A stretch of DNA of 64,000 nt, from positions 1 through 64,000 of the forward strand of contig JAYWIR010000054.1 in the NCBI GenBank assembly GCA_036172245.1, given 5' to 3'. The position numbers were made by a program, and so were the translations under genes. The notes beneath the pieces were generated by a model, which ran no database searches, had not been told where the DNA came from, and saw only the letters and a program-made list of their open reading frames with translations. Positions 48,005 through 60,704 of the stretch are shown in pieces. The first letter of the stretch is position 1, and the number at the start of each line of letters is the position of its first letter. This stretch comes from Raillietiella orientalis (taxonomy: Eukaryota).

Positions 48005-50630
48005 CGGCAAACCTGCGCCGGTGCCGCACGCGTTTTTGGTTAGCGCCCGTGAGCGAATCCAAGAACAGTTGTTGGAAGTGTGGAAGTGCGGCCGTTGGAA
48101 GGCAGAAATGCCTGAAGACGCCGCAGTACCTGCGACGGGAGACGTGAGGCCCACGTCTCCCCAACCTATGGAGGTGGGGTCATGCCCCACCACAAAATCA
48201 GCCCCCGCCACCCCGGCGAGGGCGTGGAACAAGGTGGCCGCGGCGGCTCCGCCGGACGTGGCTGCTGAATTGCAAGCCTACATAAAGGAGGGCTGCAACC
48301 CAGCCCTCCTTTATAAGGTGGGAAACTTATATTCTCCGCTTACAACGCGGAAATTTGGTGATGCCATCCGTAAGATGGGAATTTCTGACGAGGAGATTCT
48401 ATGCTTCTCGATTCGAAGCGGCGAGCAGTTCGCGGAGCTGATCTGCAGAGATGCAGCGCTCACGCACAAACTGCTCTGCACGCCCGTTCCGTTCGATGGG
48501 CGGAATCTCCTCCCACACACGGTGGATCACTCCATGGTGATCCACCTAACCGGTACAACGATGCGGATGAGCGACGAAGCCATCCGCACTGAAATCAACA
48601 AGTTCGCGGAGATATACGCGATGTGGTCGAAGCCCAACGCCTTTACTTATCGAGGCGCATTCAGTGGGCGAGTTGCCGCACGCGTAACTCTCCGCGAAAA
48701 CAAAAACTTCCCCACAAGCTGGAGGTCAACGACGAGCTCGTCGACCTCTGGTACGTGGGGAAAAAAAAATACTGTGGGCTGTGCAACACATTCGAGCATC
48801 TTAAAAAGAGATGCCCGGATGCCATATGCCCAACCTGCGGCGCGAAGGGCCACACTAGTGCTGTGTGCCCGAAAAACGCCGCGACAACGCCTTCAGCCCC
48901 TTCGACAAATGAGGAGAAGAAGGCATAAAACCAAAAAACAAGCAACCAACAGCCGACCTCAGAAGAAGTCGTGCACAAGGAGCAGGAGACTTCTGAGCCA
49001 ACTGCCGACGAGGAAAACTAGAAAGTCGTTTTAAACAAAAAAGCAAAAGAAACACAAAAAAAAAAAAAAAAATATCTACAAAAAATAACAAAAATCAGAA
49101 CGCGAGCGTTCCCAAAAAACCCGCGGTCGGCAAACCAAAAATTTCGCCGCGCGAGTCCATAAAGGAATGCCGCGTTACAATCGAGCGCGTTCCGTCGATC
49201 GAGTGTCGATCGGCGAACGCGACTCCCGCAACCGTCGCGAACGCCGCGGAACCGCCGCAGGAATCCTGCGACAAACACGCGCGCAGCAGCGACGAGAAAA
49301 ACTTCGCGAAGCCGGCGGAGGAACTCGCGGCCACCTTAATGCAGCCGCCTAAGGCTGCAAAGAAGGCCGTCAGACGTCCGGCGGAGATAAGGGCCCGGAA
49401 GTTTCCGGGTCCGAGGCGGAAGCCGGAAACCCTCCCACCGTCGCACTTCCGAAGAGGAAGGCGGGCCGGAAGTCGCGCAACCCTATGCGCGTCGCTCCCC
49501 CTCAGGCTGAGGAGGAGGAGATGCGCTCGGATAGCGCAGAGGCGATGTCCGCGAGGTAGCGGGATCCCTTCATGGATAGCATCCGGTCGGACCTTCCTAT
49601 CGACCTCAGTCCGACTGCCGACGTTCCGGTCGTTGGGGGAACGCCACCAGCGCAGATGAACAACGACCAGCCGCCTCCCGAACAGGAGGCGGCAATACAC
49701 ACGCCACCACCATCACTAGTATGATGCGTGGAATCGCCTCTTGCCGGCAGCTGCGTATAGCCTGTTGGAATGTCAACGGGCTGCGTAGCGAAAGCAAGAG
49801 GCGTAGCGTGGCCGACACCCTGCGACCTTTCGATCTGGCACTTCTTCAAGAGGTGCATGCCCTCAGAGCAGAGGACGTCCAGGAAATCGAGAGGCTCACA
49901 GGGGGGAGGCTACTTTGGCGTGGTGGAGGAGACCACTGCCGCGGAGTGGCTTTCCTGCTGAAGCCGGCCGTCGCCAATGCGGTGCGCAGTTCACAGTTCG
50001 ACGAGGAAGGTCGAGTCGGACAACTTGTCCTTAAGTGGTCCGAATCGATCGACCTCGTAGTCACGAACCTGTACGCGCCCTGCACCAGCCACAGGCGCAC
50101 AGAACGCACTGCGTTCTTCGAAGCCCTGCGGCGAGACTGGCTGGCCGAAGCAGGCGTGCGGCGGGCGCATCTGATAGCGGGAGACTTCAACGTCCGCCTG
50201 CTGTCGGAAGCCCCCGACATACGAGCACAATTGGTCAACGAGTTGTGTGCGGCTATGCACACAACTCGTTGACCGATGGCCACCGATGCAACTTGTTTGC
50301 CGATGAAGCCGGGGCGAGAAGCAGAATCGACCACGTGTTCCTCGATAACCACATGTGTACGCGGGTGGGGACTCGAGGAGCAATTGCGTCGGAGCTGTCC
50401 GATCACCCTCGGCTAGTGATCAACATTCATTCGCGCGACAGAGCTTCACCCTCCGAAGCGTGGCGCCTGCCGGGGGACTGGTTGCGACTCGCAGGAGCGC
50501 GCAAACATCTGCGCGCATTCCTGCGTAGTTGCGAACTGCAGACTCTCGCTGAATGGGACAAAATAAAACGCTCAGTCCGAGAGTTCTGTGACCAGTTTCC
50601 CCTCCATCAACTTCCTCCAGGTTTCGGCGA
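48005..50630 (+). mobile_element. LINE family G, copy 1 (ORF1 and endonuclease, disrupted)
   Basis: ORF1 from ATG 48108 (CGLCNTFEHLKKRC, CPTCGAKGHTSAVC). ORF2 from 49721 with WNVNG, GDFN and SDH. Ends at LPPGFG. Confidence 0.9.
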
Positions 50631-51095
50631 TGCCACCCGGATACGCCGGGACGTTTATTAAAAAACATTTCAACGGTCAATACAGAACGTGGTACAAGGC
50701 TCCACTGACGGCCACGGAATGCCGGAACTGCCGGGACACCGGGACGCAGCCCGGTGTGGCTCTCCTCGGCAGTGGAGGGGAATGGGGGAAAGAACAAAAA
50801 TAAAATAAAAGAGAAAAACAAACCACAAAAAAAAAAAGTTTGGAGGGCCGGGAAGGGATCACAGAAAACTGCTAGGAGCGCCCATCCTTTGCAGGATGCC
50901 TTCTAGTTCCATTTTCAGTATTCCTAGATGGGGCCATCGGGTAGCTCTCTGCAGGAAGCGAGAAGCATACTCGATGACATCCCTCACGATGCAGTCTTCA
51001 TTTTCGGCATCACTCCAGGCCGCCACGATACCACGAATGCAGCAAAGTGCTGCCAGGGCTGCGGCTGGACTGAGGGCGTCCCGCACGACCAGCAC
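50631..51095 (-). mobile_element. LINE 3' end (probably family B2)
   Basis: DALSPAAALAALCCIRGIV...RWPHL, a T-rich UTR and hairpin at 50631-50659. Family assignment is inferred from the target site. Confidence 0.8.
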
Positions 51096-51359
51096 GTGCA
51101 GCCATAACGACGGCCAAGCAATCACTGACGTCACAGATCCCCTTCCCCCGTATACTCCAACTCTGGCGGGTGCGCCCGCACCCATCCGACTTACTAAGCC
51201 TTCCACGACGTCGGATCATGCCACAACCTGCACACGTGGACAAGTGCACCTTGTTCCGCATTCCTAAGTCTTCCACGACTGCGGACAAAAACCAGACTCT
51301 ATAATAAAAAAAAACTTCCAACATCGACACAATTTCCAAGGTTTTGCCGAATAAGGTAT

Positions 51360-51394
51360 ATGCAATCTGGGTAATACTGATAACCAGATTGCAT
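51360..51394 (-). promoter_or_regulatory. CRESS-DNA virus rolling-circle origin stem-loop with nonanucleotide CAGTATTAC
   Basis: 11-bp perfect stem atgcaatctgg/ccagattgcat. The loop gtaatactgataa reads CAGTATTAC on the minus strand. Lies ~90 bp upstream of Rep. Confidence 0.9.
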
Positions 51395-51481
51395 CTACTG
51401 CGCAGTTACGAAGTATTTATACCACTACACCGTGAGGCACAAATCAGTCTCACCTCGACTGAATTACCTTGACTAAGCAAC

Positions 51482-52288
51482 ATGCCATACGGACATTTTT
51501 TATACTGATGCTTCACCCTCTGCAACTACTTGGAAAACGAACTACAACTGATAAAAGACTGGTGCAGACGACACTGCACATTCGCAGTAATCGGAAAAGA
51601 GACGGCAAGCACCGGAACACCACACCTCCAGGGATATTTCCAACTCCGCAATCCGCGGACCTTACCAAGCTTAAAAAGACCACCGTTTGAAAAAGCACAC
51701 CTCGAACGCGCAAAATGTACACCACAGAGCAGCTTACGGTACTGCACGAAAGAGGACCGCGAAGCTTGGACATACGGACTCATTCAACAACAAAAAGAAA
51801 CCAACGATTATCAAGACATGGTAAATATGCTTTTCAAACTTAACCAAACTAATACAGATGACTTTCAGATACTACAACTTATAAAAAATGGAGCAACAGA
51901 ACTGGACATACTAGAGCAACACACAAAATTTTACTCCAAGAACTTCAACTTTGTTAAAGAGTGCTTCAGATTAACAAGAAGCAGACTTCACCCTAACCCA
52001 ATGGCTAACCTACAACTGAGAAACTGGCAGATGGACATCCTTAAAATAATAAGGAGCACACCAGACCCCAGAAAAACACACTGGTTCTACGATCCCGTCG
52101 GAGGAATAGGAAAAACCACCTTCACAAAATTCTTGTACCTCAAAAAATCTGCGATATACATGCACAGCTGCAAGAAGGCCGATGCAGCCCACATTTACCA
52201 TGGAGAGAGGATAATAGTGGTTGATCTCACCTGAGACAACCAAGAAATAGTTCAATACGGATTCATCGAGACTTTGAAAAACGGAAGC
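51482..52288 (+). pseudogene. rep: Endogenous CRESS-DNA virus Rep (HUH endonuclease + SF3 helicase), copy 1
   Basis: Motif I CFTLCNY, motif II TPHLQGY, motif III YCTKE, Walker A GGIGKT, Walker B IVVDL, then ETLKNG. In-frame TGA at 51506 and 52232. 3'-truncated and AT-rich. Confidence 0.92.
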
Positions 52289-52852
52289 CTGAGGAGAACG
52301 AAACCCTAATGGTCATCTCACCCGCCTCGGAAGAGGCGGCTTCCCCCACACCGTCATCTTCCCGGCAGTAATGCCGGGAATCTCCTCCCGTCGTCGTCTG
52401 CGCATCGCCGTATGGAACGTAAACGGCATGACAGACGCCGGCAAGAGAGGAGACATGGCCGCCATTCTAGGATCGTTCGACCTTGCGCTGCTGCAGGAGA
52501 TCCATGTGATTTCTGCAGAACAAGCGCGGGAGATCGAACGCATCTTCGGAGGGCGGCTGTGGTATCAGAGTGGAAAATCGAGAAGTTGTGGTGTCGACTA
52601 CCTGCTTCAGCCCGCACTCGAGGTTGCGGCCCGTGGCGAGCGGTTCGACGATCACGGTCGTGTCGGCCAGCTGACTCTCAGTTGTTCCGACTCGATCGAC
52701 CTGATCGTCACGAACGTTTACGCCCCGAGCGGAGCGGACCTGACGAAGAGGAGGGCCAGGAAAGTATTTTTCCTTGCCGTCCGTCACGACTGGTTGACCG
52801 AGGCAGGCGTGCGGAATGCCCATCTGGTTGCAGGGGATTTCAACGTTCGCCT
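52289..52852 (+). mobile_element. LINE family A, copy 3 (ORF1 tail and endonuclease up to GDFN)
   Basis: TAATG junction at 52369-52373. MPGISSRRRLRIAVWNVNG...HLVAGDFNVRL. Resumes at 58577. Confidence 0.9.
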
Positions 52853-55800
52853 TCATACGAGTCGGACGTGATTTCGTGTCGCTCCGTGGTTCCGCTGTTT
52901 GGTTGTGTTTGTGCATCCCACTGCATATCCGTAAGGATGAGCAGTGAACAACGCAAAGTGGAAGACCTCGGGCCTTTGGTTCAGGAACTTCACGCAGCTG
53001 GAGTGATGGCGACAACGTGTGCGAGCCTCGCGCCACCGGACAGGAGCTTTGCGGACGTGGCTGCTTCTGCAGCCGTACAAGGATGCCTCCCCGACCAGGC
53101 GGAGATGCAAGCCTATGTAGCCCAGGGATACAAGCCTGATCTCCGCTATAACGTAAGTGGGGTAGGTAAGGCTGGGGAGGAGTTCGCGGACGAACTCTAC
53201 CGTGTGGGAGTGCGAGAAGAGGACCTCATAGCACTCATGCCTGTTCCAGCATTGGGCTATGTAAAGGTGCGATGCAAGCAGGCTGCGCTTGTGCAGCGGC
53301 TCCTCCGCACTCCTTTGCCCATCCGCGGAAAGAAAGTTTTTCCTTCCGCGATGGACGAGTCTTTTGTCGTTGTTCTCTCGGACGTAGAGCCGGAGATCAA
53401 CGACAAACAGTTGATGGACGCGTTGGCGAAATTCGCAACCGTTCATGCGGTGTGGAGGAAGGAGAGTTCCTACAGAAAATTTCCTTCCGTACACACAGGA
53501 TTTGCTGCGGTTAGGGTAACCGTTGCTAACCACCGCACGCTGCCTGCCACGCTACAGGTCAACGGCACGGTCGTTCACCTGTGGTTCGTTGGCAAATCTC
53601 GCGCGTGCGAGCAATGCGGCAAAGAAGGGCATCGGGGTAAAGAATGCCCTTCCCCGAAGTGCCGCTACTGTAAGGAGTCCGGGCACCAAATTAGAAAGTG
53701 CCCGGACATAAAGAAAAAAAAGGAGGCTGCTAACCTCCGACGTGCCAAAGAGTGCGCAGAGGAGAAAACAGCATCCTCAAAGAAAAAAAAACAGGCTCGC
53801 GAAAGGCCTAAGATAAAGAAGGCCCGAGCGCGGTCTCAAAGTTGGCTCCCTCAGCATCCAAGCCCCAAAAGGGCAATAGCGCGGCAGGGAAGCCATTTAA
53901 AAAAGGGCGAGAGGGCTCCGCGCGTACCGTTACTGTCCCAATAGCTGATCGCGGAAACGCTACTCGCGAAATGGGATCAGTAAAACCAGTGGCTCCGTGC
54001 GACAAGGCAAAAGGAGGACACGCGAAAGAAAATTGCGTGGTAACCGTCTCCTTGAGCGCTCTGTCCATTTCGGAGGCTTCAGTCGGAAACCTCACGAATG
54101 CGTCCGCAGGTGCGTCGGAAAAAGCCAACGAAAGCAGCGTTGCGTTGCCTCAAAACGCGCAGCAACCAGCTGCATCCTCCCCAACAAGACAGTCGCGGAG
54201 CAATCTCCCGACTGCCGCGGAGGCCGCGCTTTCGCCGCCTTTTGAGGGTGCAGCGAAAGCTGAGCCCCAGGCGGTTGCGGAGGTACGTTCGGAGGCGTCC
54301 CTCACGAAAGTCGAGGAGCGCTCCGCACGAACGGACGGTGGGTGGACGGTTGCAGTGAAAGGGAGAAAAATAAAATCTCCCAAACATTCTCCGCAACCTA
54401 GTTCTAAGAGCCTCTCCAAGGCAAAGAACAGTCGCTCGATGCAGAAGACTCGGGCGAAGGTTCCCTCTGCCGCTGCAAAGGCTACCGCCGCGGTCGCGAA
54501 TGGCGCGACAGTTGCGATCACCAGGGACGATGTCCCGGTGATCGCGAAAAAGGAAGTGTCCGCGGTCCCATTCGCGAGCACCTCCAAACCGACAGAGCAG
54601 GTGAGTCGCGAAGCGCCTGCGCTTCAATCAGACTCCCAAACGGAGTCTAAGATCACCGACGCACTTCGGATCACACGCGCGGAAGCCGTAGCGCGACGGG
54701 CTAAGGCCCTGAGGCGCGCAGCGCAGGCCGCGAAGGAGCGACAGCTCACCCCGGACCGTCAAACGACCCTACCCGGAGACGAGCACTCGAATTCGTGCAG
54801 CACCAGGGAAGACGGTGGCGACCGTGATCTCTAGCCAGCAGTGCTGCTTACCGTCCGCTCGCCGGTGAAAGCGGGCAAAAAGCCGCCAACTTCCCAGCAT
54901 TCATGCGGGGAATCGCTTCTTCTCGTCGCCTGTCCGTCGCGTGTTGTAACGTGAACGGACTGCAGAACGACGAAAAGAGGCCATTGGTAGTTAACGCCCT
55001 GCACTCCTTTGACCTCGCGCTCCTGCAGGAGATTCACGTAATCTCCGACGAGCAGGCTGCGAAATCGAAGAGCGCGCAGGCGGAACGCTACTTTGGCGGT
55101 GCGGCGACCCACACACGTGCAACTTCGCGATCCTCGTAGGAGGAAAAATGGCGGAAGCGGTACGTGGCGTTCGCTTTGATGACTGCGGACGGGTGGGCCA
55201 GCTTGTTGTCAAGCGGTCCGAGTCCTTCGATCTCGTCGTTAAGAACATCTACGCGCCTACTGGCTCACATCTTCCTCGATGAAAACCTGCACCCTCGTGT
55301 GGGAAGAAGAGGAAGATTGTCGTCCGCTCTCTCTGACCATCACAGGTTGGAGTTCGAGCTCCTTTCGTCAGGCAAGGGGCCTCCGTTAAAGAACTGGAGA
55401 ATGCCAGCGGATTGGCTTAGCCATCCGGAGGCGGTGGATCATCTCCGTTAGCACCTCCGGACCTTTGTCATCCGCGAACTCGCGGACTGGGATCATTTAA
55501 AGAGTTCAGTCCGCAAGTTCTGTGAACGGTTTCCCTTGCACCGGCTTCCGCGAGGCTTTGGACAAGGGGTCGCCAACAGCAGGACTTTCCTGCAGGCGCG
55601 CACCTTTTCGAGACGCGCGGATGTCAGCCGGCTTGCGGAATACAGAGCGAGAGCCGAGCGCCAGGTCTGGCAGGCAGAAGCATCTTCCCTGCTCGATGAA
55701 AAAGGCCTGGAATGCTCGGCACCAGCCGGTATTCGCCGCATAATAAAAAGTTATTACTCCTCGCTATACGCGGAAGCACCAACGGAAATTATCCTTTTGG

Positions 55801-58576
55801 AGATACTGCTTTCCCAGGTTGCTGCCGTAGTTAGCGAAGAGGAACGCTCACGTCTCGACGAGTCCTTCACGGAGGAGGAAATTTCCTCCGCAACAGCGAA
55901 GCTCCAGAGACGAAAAGCGCCAGGCGAGGATGGGCTGCCTGCGGAGTTTTATCAGTGCTTCGCGGGGGAGCTCGTCCCCCTGGTGCATCGCCTCTAGTCG
56001 CTGATGAGGGTTTCGAGGGATGTCCCCAACTCCTTCCGCTCAGCGAGGGTGCGTCTCCTTCCGAAAGGTGGAGACGCACGCCATTTAAACAACTGTCGTC
56101 CGGTCACTTTGGTGAACTCGGACGTCAAGTTGTCCTCCAAGATGTGGGTTGCGCGCCTAGGGAGAATCGCGCCATCCTTGGTGAGCCCGGAGCAGACTCG
56201 CTGTTCCCGGGTGATCCATGGACGCGAACCTCCTGTTTGCACGCATCCGGATGCAGCTGCAGGAGCGCGTAGCGCAGCAAAGTCGATCCGTGACAAATGC
56301 CACTGCTAAACGCACACGGTATCGACAGAAGCGGCAAGAGAGTACGCCGGGTGCCTTGGCGGTTGCAGTCGACCTCCACAAGGCGTTCGATTGCGTAAAC
56401 CAAGCACTCCTATTGGAGCTCTTGGAACGCCTAGGTCTCGCTGCTCAACTCCTCAAGTACTTGCGCGCATGCTGGCGCCACGCACTAACTTCCATTTGTT
56501 TAAGCGGCTGCCACGTGTACGGTATTCCCGTGCGCAGGGGCATCAGGCAGGGTGACAGTTTAAGCCCGTTGCTCTTCCGCATCTTCTTCTAGTTGGTGCT
56601 AAGGGCGTACAGGCTGACGCTGGAGTACCTGCCTTGCTCTTGCCCGGGAACGCCTGCCGTGGCTGCCCATGCAGATGACCTGCTTCTTCTGCTCCCCATG
56701 TCCATCTGGGCGTCCAGTGTGGAAGACGTCTTAGACCTGGTTCGTCCTGAGCGGGCGTGAGCGTGAACAGAGAGAAGAGCGTGGTCGTTCATGTGGGTGC
56801 GTCGTGGGAGGGGCAGTCCGACTGGATCCGCCTGGGAATCCCCACAGCGGGGTACTTCAAGTACCTTGGCGTTCCGTTGGGCGACCTCGGCGCTGCCGAG
56901 GCGTGGTCGGACTGCCTTCATAAGGCCGAATTGGCCGCCAGCCCGTTCATTAACGGCAAGTTCACCTTGCCGGAACAAGCGGCTATTTGGAACACCTTCG
57001 TGGCCCCCCTCCTCCGACCCCTCTTTTTTGTCTTGGACCCCCCCTATGCGGCCAAAGAGCGGGCAAAACGCCTGCTAAGGAACGCTCTCTGGGGTCCGGC
57101 GCGATCCAGGATCCGCCTAAAAGACCTCACTGCTCCACGTCGGGATGCTGGGCTTGGCATCCTTACGATGGAGAGAATCGGACTGCAAGTGCAGTTCCGG
57201 ATGCTCGCACTTTGTGCCGCGCTATGGACTTCCCCCTGTGTGCGCCTGCGCGCATCCTCCTGAGGAGGTGTGCAGGCAGTGAAGGATTACTTTCTTTGGT
57301 GCCTGGCTTGCGCCACAGGAAACAGGGATTTGGCTATCCTTTGAGGAAAATCGCCACCCTATTGGAAGCCAGTACGTGGATTACCTGCCGCCCAATGAAC
57401 TATAATGCTTGGAAGCAGGAAACCATTGATTCGTGGGCTGCATTCTTAGGGATGAGCCGTGAAGATCTTCGCCCCCTGCGTCAATTCCAGCCTTGGTCAC
57501 TCCAACATGTCATGCAGGACGAGGTGAAGCTTTCCTCCTTGGCCGCCACCCCCCTTGCCGAAGCACTGTCTGCCCTCGAGGCTCGAGATGACAGTAGCCA
57601 GCCGGCAAGGTGGGAGTTCTCCTGCACCATTGCAGGAAGAACAAAACCAGTTGGCAAATGGACCACGAGCGAGCTTGCGGATGCCGACACTCCTCGTGCT
57701 ACACCAAAGGGATTTCTTCGGTGGGGAGAAGCTCTTGGTGTTGCCCCCGAAGAACTTATAGTCCCTCCCTGGTGTTTGGACGGTTCGGTGTTTCCCCTTG
57801 CATAGAAGCAAGACGTTTTGCTTTTCTTGCACTGGGGATTGCGCTACAACGAACGGCGCCACCGAGTTTCCGGTGGGGTGGCTTCTAACCTACTGTGCCC
57901 GGTGCGGAGCTACAGAGTCGTTCCCGCACCTTGTTATGGACTGCGGTGCCCTCCAGGAACTCTGGAGGAGGCTAGGAGCAGCTCTCCCGTCACCAGGAGA
58001 CACCGCTCGAGAAGTGCTGCGACGGTTCTTCCAGACACAAGGACTTTCGATGGCTGCGACGATTTCCACTGTTGGTTGCATCCGGGCCATCGTCACGGTC
58101 CGAGACGTGCTGGAGAATACTGGACAGCAATGTTGTGTCACCAGGAAGGCAGCTGACTTCATCAGGTCGGCAGCTGGGTGGCGACACATATATGAAGACA
58201 CAACGGAGGAGTTGACCGGTATCCATCGCTGGATCAGCAACGGCTTAGAACGACGAAATCGGTGATCCGCCCTCATTTTATTTTTGATTGGTTTTTTTGT
58301 TCTCGCGTCCTTTTCCCTTTACGTTCCGCAGTCCTTTTGGTGGTAGAACTTTTGAGTTTCCCGGTGAGTGCGGAGCAATACTAAAGTTCCCTGCCCACTC
58401 CTCCCATTTACAATTTTTTTTTTTTTTGGACTCCCCTCAGTCGTCCATGTTCTTCCGTTTTCCTGGCCTGCGTGCCAGGGGTGAATCTCCGCTGCATGTT
58501 TTCAGAGTCGAGAGCTAGAAACAATTGTTTCCAGCTCGTTTATGTCAATAAACGTCCCGGCGTGACCGGGTGAAAA
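52853..58576 (+). mobile_element. Full-length degenerate LINE family H, copy 2, with 16-bp TSD
   Basis: atttcaacgttcgcct at 52837-52852 and 58577-58592. ORF1 from ATG 52937 (CEQCGKEGHRGKEC). ORF2 ~54903-58265. Hairpin at 58547-58576. Confidence 0.94.
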
Positions 58577-60700
58577 ATTTCAACGTTCGCCTGAAACCGA
58601 TTGGGCCGAATCACGAGCGGCACCTGGTCAACGAGGTGTGCATGGCGATGCAAACCTGTAATTTGTTGGCCAGTGCACCGGGGATGGAAGACAGCATCGA
58701 CCACGTGTTTCTAGAAGAGCACCTGTGCCCTCTCGTGGGCAGCAGCAGCAAGTTACCGTGCGAGCTGACCGACCATCGCCTGATAGTTCTCGAGATCCAT
58801 CCGCCCGACAGGGGCCCCCCCTCGTCAACGTGTCGTCTCCCAGGGGACTGGCTGAAGCTCCCAGACGCGGCGGAACATCTCCGCACGTTCATACGGAGCT
58901 TCAGGACGCAGACACTCCAGGATTGGGACCGCTTCAAACGGTCGGTCCAGTAGTTCTGCGACCAGTTCCCTCTGCACCACCTACCTACGGGTTTTGGGAC
59001 CGGGGTCCGTAACGAACGAGCCTACCTGCTGGCTCGCCGTTACGCCAGGAGCCCCGACATCTGCAGGCCGGCGGATTACATAGCGGGAGACGAGAGGCAA
59101 GCCTGACAGTCATGATCGGCCAGCTTGTTGGACGATCAGGGCCAGCAGCATTCGTCACCCGCTCAGATCCGCGGTCTGCTGCGGCGTTTTTACTTCTCCC
59201 TGTAAGCAAGAATGCCTCTTGAGCGGGATTTTTCACGACTCCTGCTTCCCGAAGGCGCTCCTGCGATCGGGGAGGAGAGAAAGACTCTCGACGAGCCTTA
59301 AACGATGGGCGAGATCATCTCGGCCATCGGAAAGCTCAAGAGGCGCAAGGCTCCAGGGGAGGACGGCCTGTCCGCAGAGTTTTATCAAACTTTCGATGCT
59401 GAGCTTATCCCCCTGGTACATCAACTCACCTTGCTGACACGCGACACAGGTGACGTTCCCGTTCCCGAAGAGTTCTCCCAATGCGTTAAGGTCCTTGTGC
59501 TCAGCAACGTCGTTAGAACAGAAACGTTGAGTTCATTAGTTCATAGTACCCCAGCTTGGCTTTTTCGGGCTCCAAGGTCTATGAAAAAGACAATCCACGC
59601 AAATGTTGATACCCGTTCCATAACCGTAGTATTCCCACCCTGACTTTGCATCAATAGACGCATTTCTTTGCGCTATGATGGTAAATCAACATCCTGGGAC
59701 TCTGTTTAGCAGCAGGATTTAATGCGAATCCAATACGCTAATTGAAATGATTAGTATGTGCACTCGGTTTGTAATAAATGCTTGATCAGACCAAAACAAA
59801 GTGAATGAAATAGTGATTCCAGACGGCATGTTGCCAGCAAAGTTATGGACAGCGCGGCTGGGACCGGTTTGCTAACGCCTTCATCAGCTTGGAGCAAACA
59901 TATGCTGTTTCCGGGAAAAGCATGGAGGCCAACCCATGCCACGCTTCCAGCTGGCTAGAGCTCCAACAAGGAATTTGATGCGCAGCCAGGATTCCGGTAC
60001 TTCCGTAGTAACGGGTCGTATGGTCGGGTGGGGGGGACCCCTTGTAGTCGCAGTCGACTTGCACAAAGCATTCGACTGTGTCGACCTGAATCTACTGCTG
60101 AAACTTCTGGAACGCTTGGGATTCCTGTCCACATTAGTGCCCTATCTGCGCTCCAGCTGGCGCGAAGCGCTCATCAACATTTCTTTCAGCGGGCAGACCG
60201 TGCACGGCGTGCCGGTGCGGCGTGGGATACGGCAGGGAGACGGCCTGAGCCCCTTGCTCTTCAGCGCCTATTTCGAACTGGTGCTGAGAGCGTACAGTGA
60301 GACTCGGCCGCACCTTCCGCGCGATTGTCCAGGTTCTCCTATGGTGTCAGCATACGCGGACGACTTTCTGCTGCTCCCCATGTCCACCTCGGTTTCGCCG
60401 CTCGAGTTCTTCGACCTGCTTAGTCGGGGAACCGGGCTTACGGTTAACATGGCGAAGTCGTCCGTGATGCCAGTCAGAGCGGCGTGAGCCGGGCAGCAAG
60501 ACTGGGTCTGTTTGGGGATCCCTTCGGTGAGGTACTTCAAGTACCTTGGTGTGCCGTTGGGGGATTATCTTCCTGCGGAAGCGTGGTTCGGCTGCCTCCA
60601 GAAGTCACAGACGGCGACCAACCCGTTCCAAGACGACAGGTTTTTCCGGCAGGAACGTGCCACGGTGTGGAACGCGTATTAGGCCCCCTCCTTCGCCCCT
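58577..60700 (+). mobile_element. Continuation of A-3 ORF2, interrupted by a foreign insert at ~59461-59830
   Basis: FNVRLKP...IDHVFL, PGEDG, DLHKAFD, YADD. Ends at APLLRPL. Confidence 0.88.
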
Positions 60701-60704
60701 TGTA

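Noticed and set aside
51506..52234. Alternative genetic code (TGA read-through) in Rep and LINEs
   Set aside because: Stops replace different residues (W, R, Q, E) and include TAG and TAA. Intact ORFs use TGG and end normally, which is consistent with decay.
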